Part shown: positions 62,299 to 64,000 of the stretch, in pieces
Position numbering within the stretch: the first letter of the stretch is position 1
Layout: the number at the start of each line of letters is the position of its first letter
Made by a program: the position numbers and the translations under genes
From: an uncultured Bacteroidales bacterium
GTDB lineage: Bacteria > Bacteroidota > Bacteroidia > Bacteroidales > P3
DNA length: 64,000 bases
NCBI GenBank assembly: GCA_946406015.1
Contig: CAMJJD010000002.1
Coordinates: 4,787 to 68,786, forward strand
Direction of reading: 5' to 3'
The notes under the pieces: model-generated
The model's database searches: none
The model's input: the letters and a program-made list of their open reading frames with translations, nothing else
Told to the model about the DNA's origin: nothing

Positions 62299-63699
62299 CT
62301 TTCTTTCTTCCCAAAACAAATAGCCACCAAAGGCATCTACCTCTACCTTGGGGCTTTGACTGCCATCTCGCTAGTGTTCTTCCGTCATGCGATGGCCATT
62401 GACTTCCTGATTATGGGAGTGATGTGGGTGGTGGGATTCTTTCTGCTGAGTTCATATTGTAGTCAAAAATGGCAAGAAATACCTCAGAAGAAACTGTTAC
62501 GCAACCTGTTCCTTACAGCTTTGGGGTTGAGATGGGCATGGGCGATCTTCAGCTACTTCTACTACTCTGCAAAAACAGGAATGCCCTTCGAGTTTTCGGC
62601 TGGTGACTCCATCTGGTATTACGAAGAATCGATGGGCAATGTGCACGCTCCCATCAAGGCCATCTGGAATTACCTATTTGTCTCTACCGATTCCATCTCT
62701 GACTCAGGCTACATATTCTACCTCTCGCTACTCTCCAAGGTGACAGGCTACAGTATTTTGTTGCCACGATTGGTCAATAGCATCTTCAGTGCCGCCACTG
62801 TCTTATTGGTTTACCTACTGGCCAAACGCAACATTGGCGAGGAGGGTGGCCGGTTAGCGGCGGTTTTCACCTGTTTCATGCCCAACCTTATCTTCTATTG
62901 TGGCATGCACCTGAAAGAATCTTTCATGCTATTCCTCCTGATAGCCTTTTTGGAGCGTTCCGACTACCTGTTGCGAAGCAAGAAATACAATGTATTTACC
63001 ATCATCATTCCAGTACTGCTCGGTGTCAGCTTGTTTTCGTTTCGTACGGTGTTAGGCGGTGCGGCCGTCTTCTCGTTTGTCACGGCTTTGGTGTTCACCA
63101 ACACCGCTGTCGTGGGACGATGGAAACGGATTATGCTCATTTCATGGGGAGTACTGGCTGTAGTAACATTAACTGGCGGTGTCATCACAACCGAGGTACA
63201 AGCCACCTGGGAAGACCGCGAAAGCAACCAGGATGCCAAAAGATCAATACAGACTGCGAGAGGTAACCAATGGGCTAAGTACGCCACCGGTACCGTCATG
63301 GCACCCATGATGTTCGTCATGCCGTTCCCTACGATGGTGGATGTGGACGAGCAATACAACCAGCAGATGCTCAGCGGCGGAAACTATGTGCGAAACTTCT
63401 TCGGTGGATTTGTGCTCATTGCCGTGTTCAGTGCCATATTCATCACTAAAAACTGGCGCAATCTAAGCCTCATCGGCTCCTTCGTAATCGCCTATCTGGG
63501 TATCATCTCGTCCAGCGGCTTCGCCAACTCGGAGCGATTCCTACTGCCAGCCTTGCCCTGTCTACTTATCATTGCGGCTTACGGGGTGACGCTGCTGAAT
63601 GCAAAGAATTACAAGTTCATAAAAATATGGTACTGGGTGGTGCCAGTGATGGCCTTCGCCTGGGCGTTCTTCAAACTGGGCTCCCGCGGTTTGTTCTAG
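62296..63699 (+). CDS. polytopic GT-C-type membrane glycosyltransferase (ArnT/PMT_2-like)
   Basis: 467 aa with about 11 predicted TM segments. There is an early extracytoplasmic acidic loop (FEFSAGDSIWYYEE) and an LLVYLLAKR region, as in the GT39/GT83 families. Tentative. Confidence 0.55.
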   Translation: MLSFFPKQIATKGIYLYLGALTAISLVFFRHAMAIDFLIMGVMWVVGFFLLSSYCSQKWQEIPQKKLLRNLFLTALGLRWAWAIFSYFYYSAKTGMPFEFSAGDSIWYYEESMGNVHAPIKAIWNYLFVSTDSISDSGYIFYLSLLSKVTGYSILLPRLVNSIFSAATVLLVYLLAKRNIGEEGGRLAAVFTCFMPNLIFYCGMHLKESFMLFLLIAFLERSDYLLRSKKYNVFTIIIPVLLGVSLFSFRTVLGGAAVFSFVTALVFTNTAVVGRWKRIMLISWGVLAVVTLTGGVITTEVQATWEDRESNQDAKRSIQTARGNQWAKYATGTVMAPMMFVMPFPTMVDVDEQYNQQMLSGGNYVRNFFGGFVLIAVFSAIFITKNWRNLSLIGSFVIAYLGIISSSGFANSERFLLPALPCLLIIAAYGVTLLNAKNYKFIKIWYWVVPVMAFAWAFFKLGSRGLF

Positions 63700-63847
63700 C
63701 TAACCGAACTATCCGAAACAAGCCGAACAACTTCTTCTCTAACCGAACTATCCGAAGTAATCCGAATAACTAATTTTCTAACCGAATCACCAGAAGCAAG
63801 CCGAACAACTTCTCCTCTAACCGAATCATACGAAATAATCCTAAATC
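63700..63847 (+). repeat. 39-bp tandem repeat x3.8 (CTAACCGAA... units) between the GT-C stop and the next start codon
   Basis: Units start at 63700, 63739, 63778 and 63817. Each carries 2-3 CCGAA words. Confidence 0.88.
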
Positions 63848-64000
63848 ATGAATACTAAGAGTGATACATTGGCCTACTTGGTTATTGGATGTGCAATGGA
63901 AGTATATAAGACACTTGGTCCAGGACTATTGGAGTCAGTTTATCAAAAGGCTTTAATGAAAGAGTTGGCATATAATGAGATCCAAGCAGAAGCAGAGGTT
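63848..64000 (+). CDS. GxxExxY protein (second copy), 5' part, runs off the window
   Basis: My own translation is MNTKSDTLAYLVIGCAMEVYKTLGPGLLESVYQKALMKELAYNEIQAEAEV. This is the same signature as the 48812 ORF. It is absent from the ORF track because it is incomplete. Confidence 0.8.
   Translation, partial: MNTKSDTLAYLVIGCAMEVYKTLGPGLLESVYQKALMKELAYNEIQAEAEV

Overview
This window looks like a Bacteroidales (Bacteroidota) chromosome segment. Supporting signs are TAnnTTTG -7 promoter boxes in front of many genes, a UpxY-type NusG paralogue, a T9SS C-terminal sorting domain, GxxExxY and four-helix-bundle ORFs, and many GT2 genes. Base composition is very uneven by eye: most of the window is GC-rich, with AT-rich islands. 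Layout: (i) 1-9.9 kb holds housekeeping genes: DAHP synthase/chorismate mutase, an MsbA-like ABC exporter, two deaminases, cardiolipin synthase, a CDP-alcohol phosphatidyltransferase, purE and an LTD protein. (ii) 9.9-20.5 kb is a polysaccharide precursor/export region with two divergent operons: capD-like, UDP-sugar dehydrogenase and rfbD-rfbC-rfbA on the minus strand, and a giant Wza-like exporter plus Wzz on the plus strand. (iii) 20.5-27.6 kb carries a translationally coupled SIMIBI-type P-loop protein and MutS-domain-V ATPase, then flotillin, a PlsC-type acyltransferase, a GH3-family adenylating enzyme and a HAD hydrolase. (iv) tRNA-Ser, a 1282-aa C25 (gingipain-family) peptidase with a T9SS CTD, and an M49-like metallopeptidase follow. 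(v) 33.5-64 kb is a roughly 30-kb UpxY-led glycan locus that depends on an ABC transporter (wzm/wzt). It has 12 glycosyltransferases, a dTDP-3-acetamido-3,6-dideoxyhexose module, MBOAT and acyltransferase genes, wecB and a GT-C membrane enzyme; no wzx, wzy or upxZ is present. The most unusual signals are non-coding. (a) Two paralogous cassettes of about 320 bp sit upstream of the wza and upxY loci. Each is bounded by sites with a palindromic core (ATCGTGCACGAT-like), and each contains exactly seven (T/A)CGGAG half-sites (2 inverted + 5 direct) at strict 11-bp spacing plus an outward-facing promoter. They are candidate invertible or regulator-bound switches, and a degenerate third copy lies mid-locus. 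(b) Intergenic spacers of the glycan locus are built from strictly phased short 'word' repeats: 8-bp G(A/T)CT(C/T) tracts up to 160 bp long running into start codons, 10-bp and 39-bp units, and dispersed 16-21-mers at gene boundaries. These repeats form inverted flanks around two small selfish-looking ORFs (four-helix-bundle and GxxExxY), and one 8-bp array sits in frame inside a CDS. (c) A sharp compositional break falls inside wzt. No CRISPR array, rRNA, transposase or recombinase was seen.
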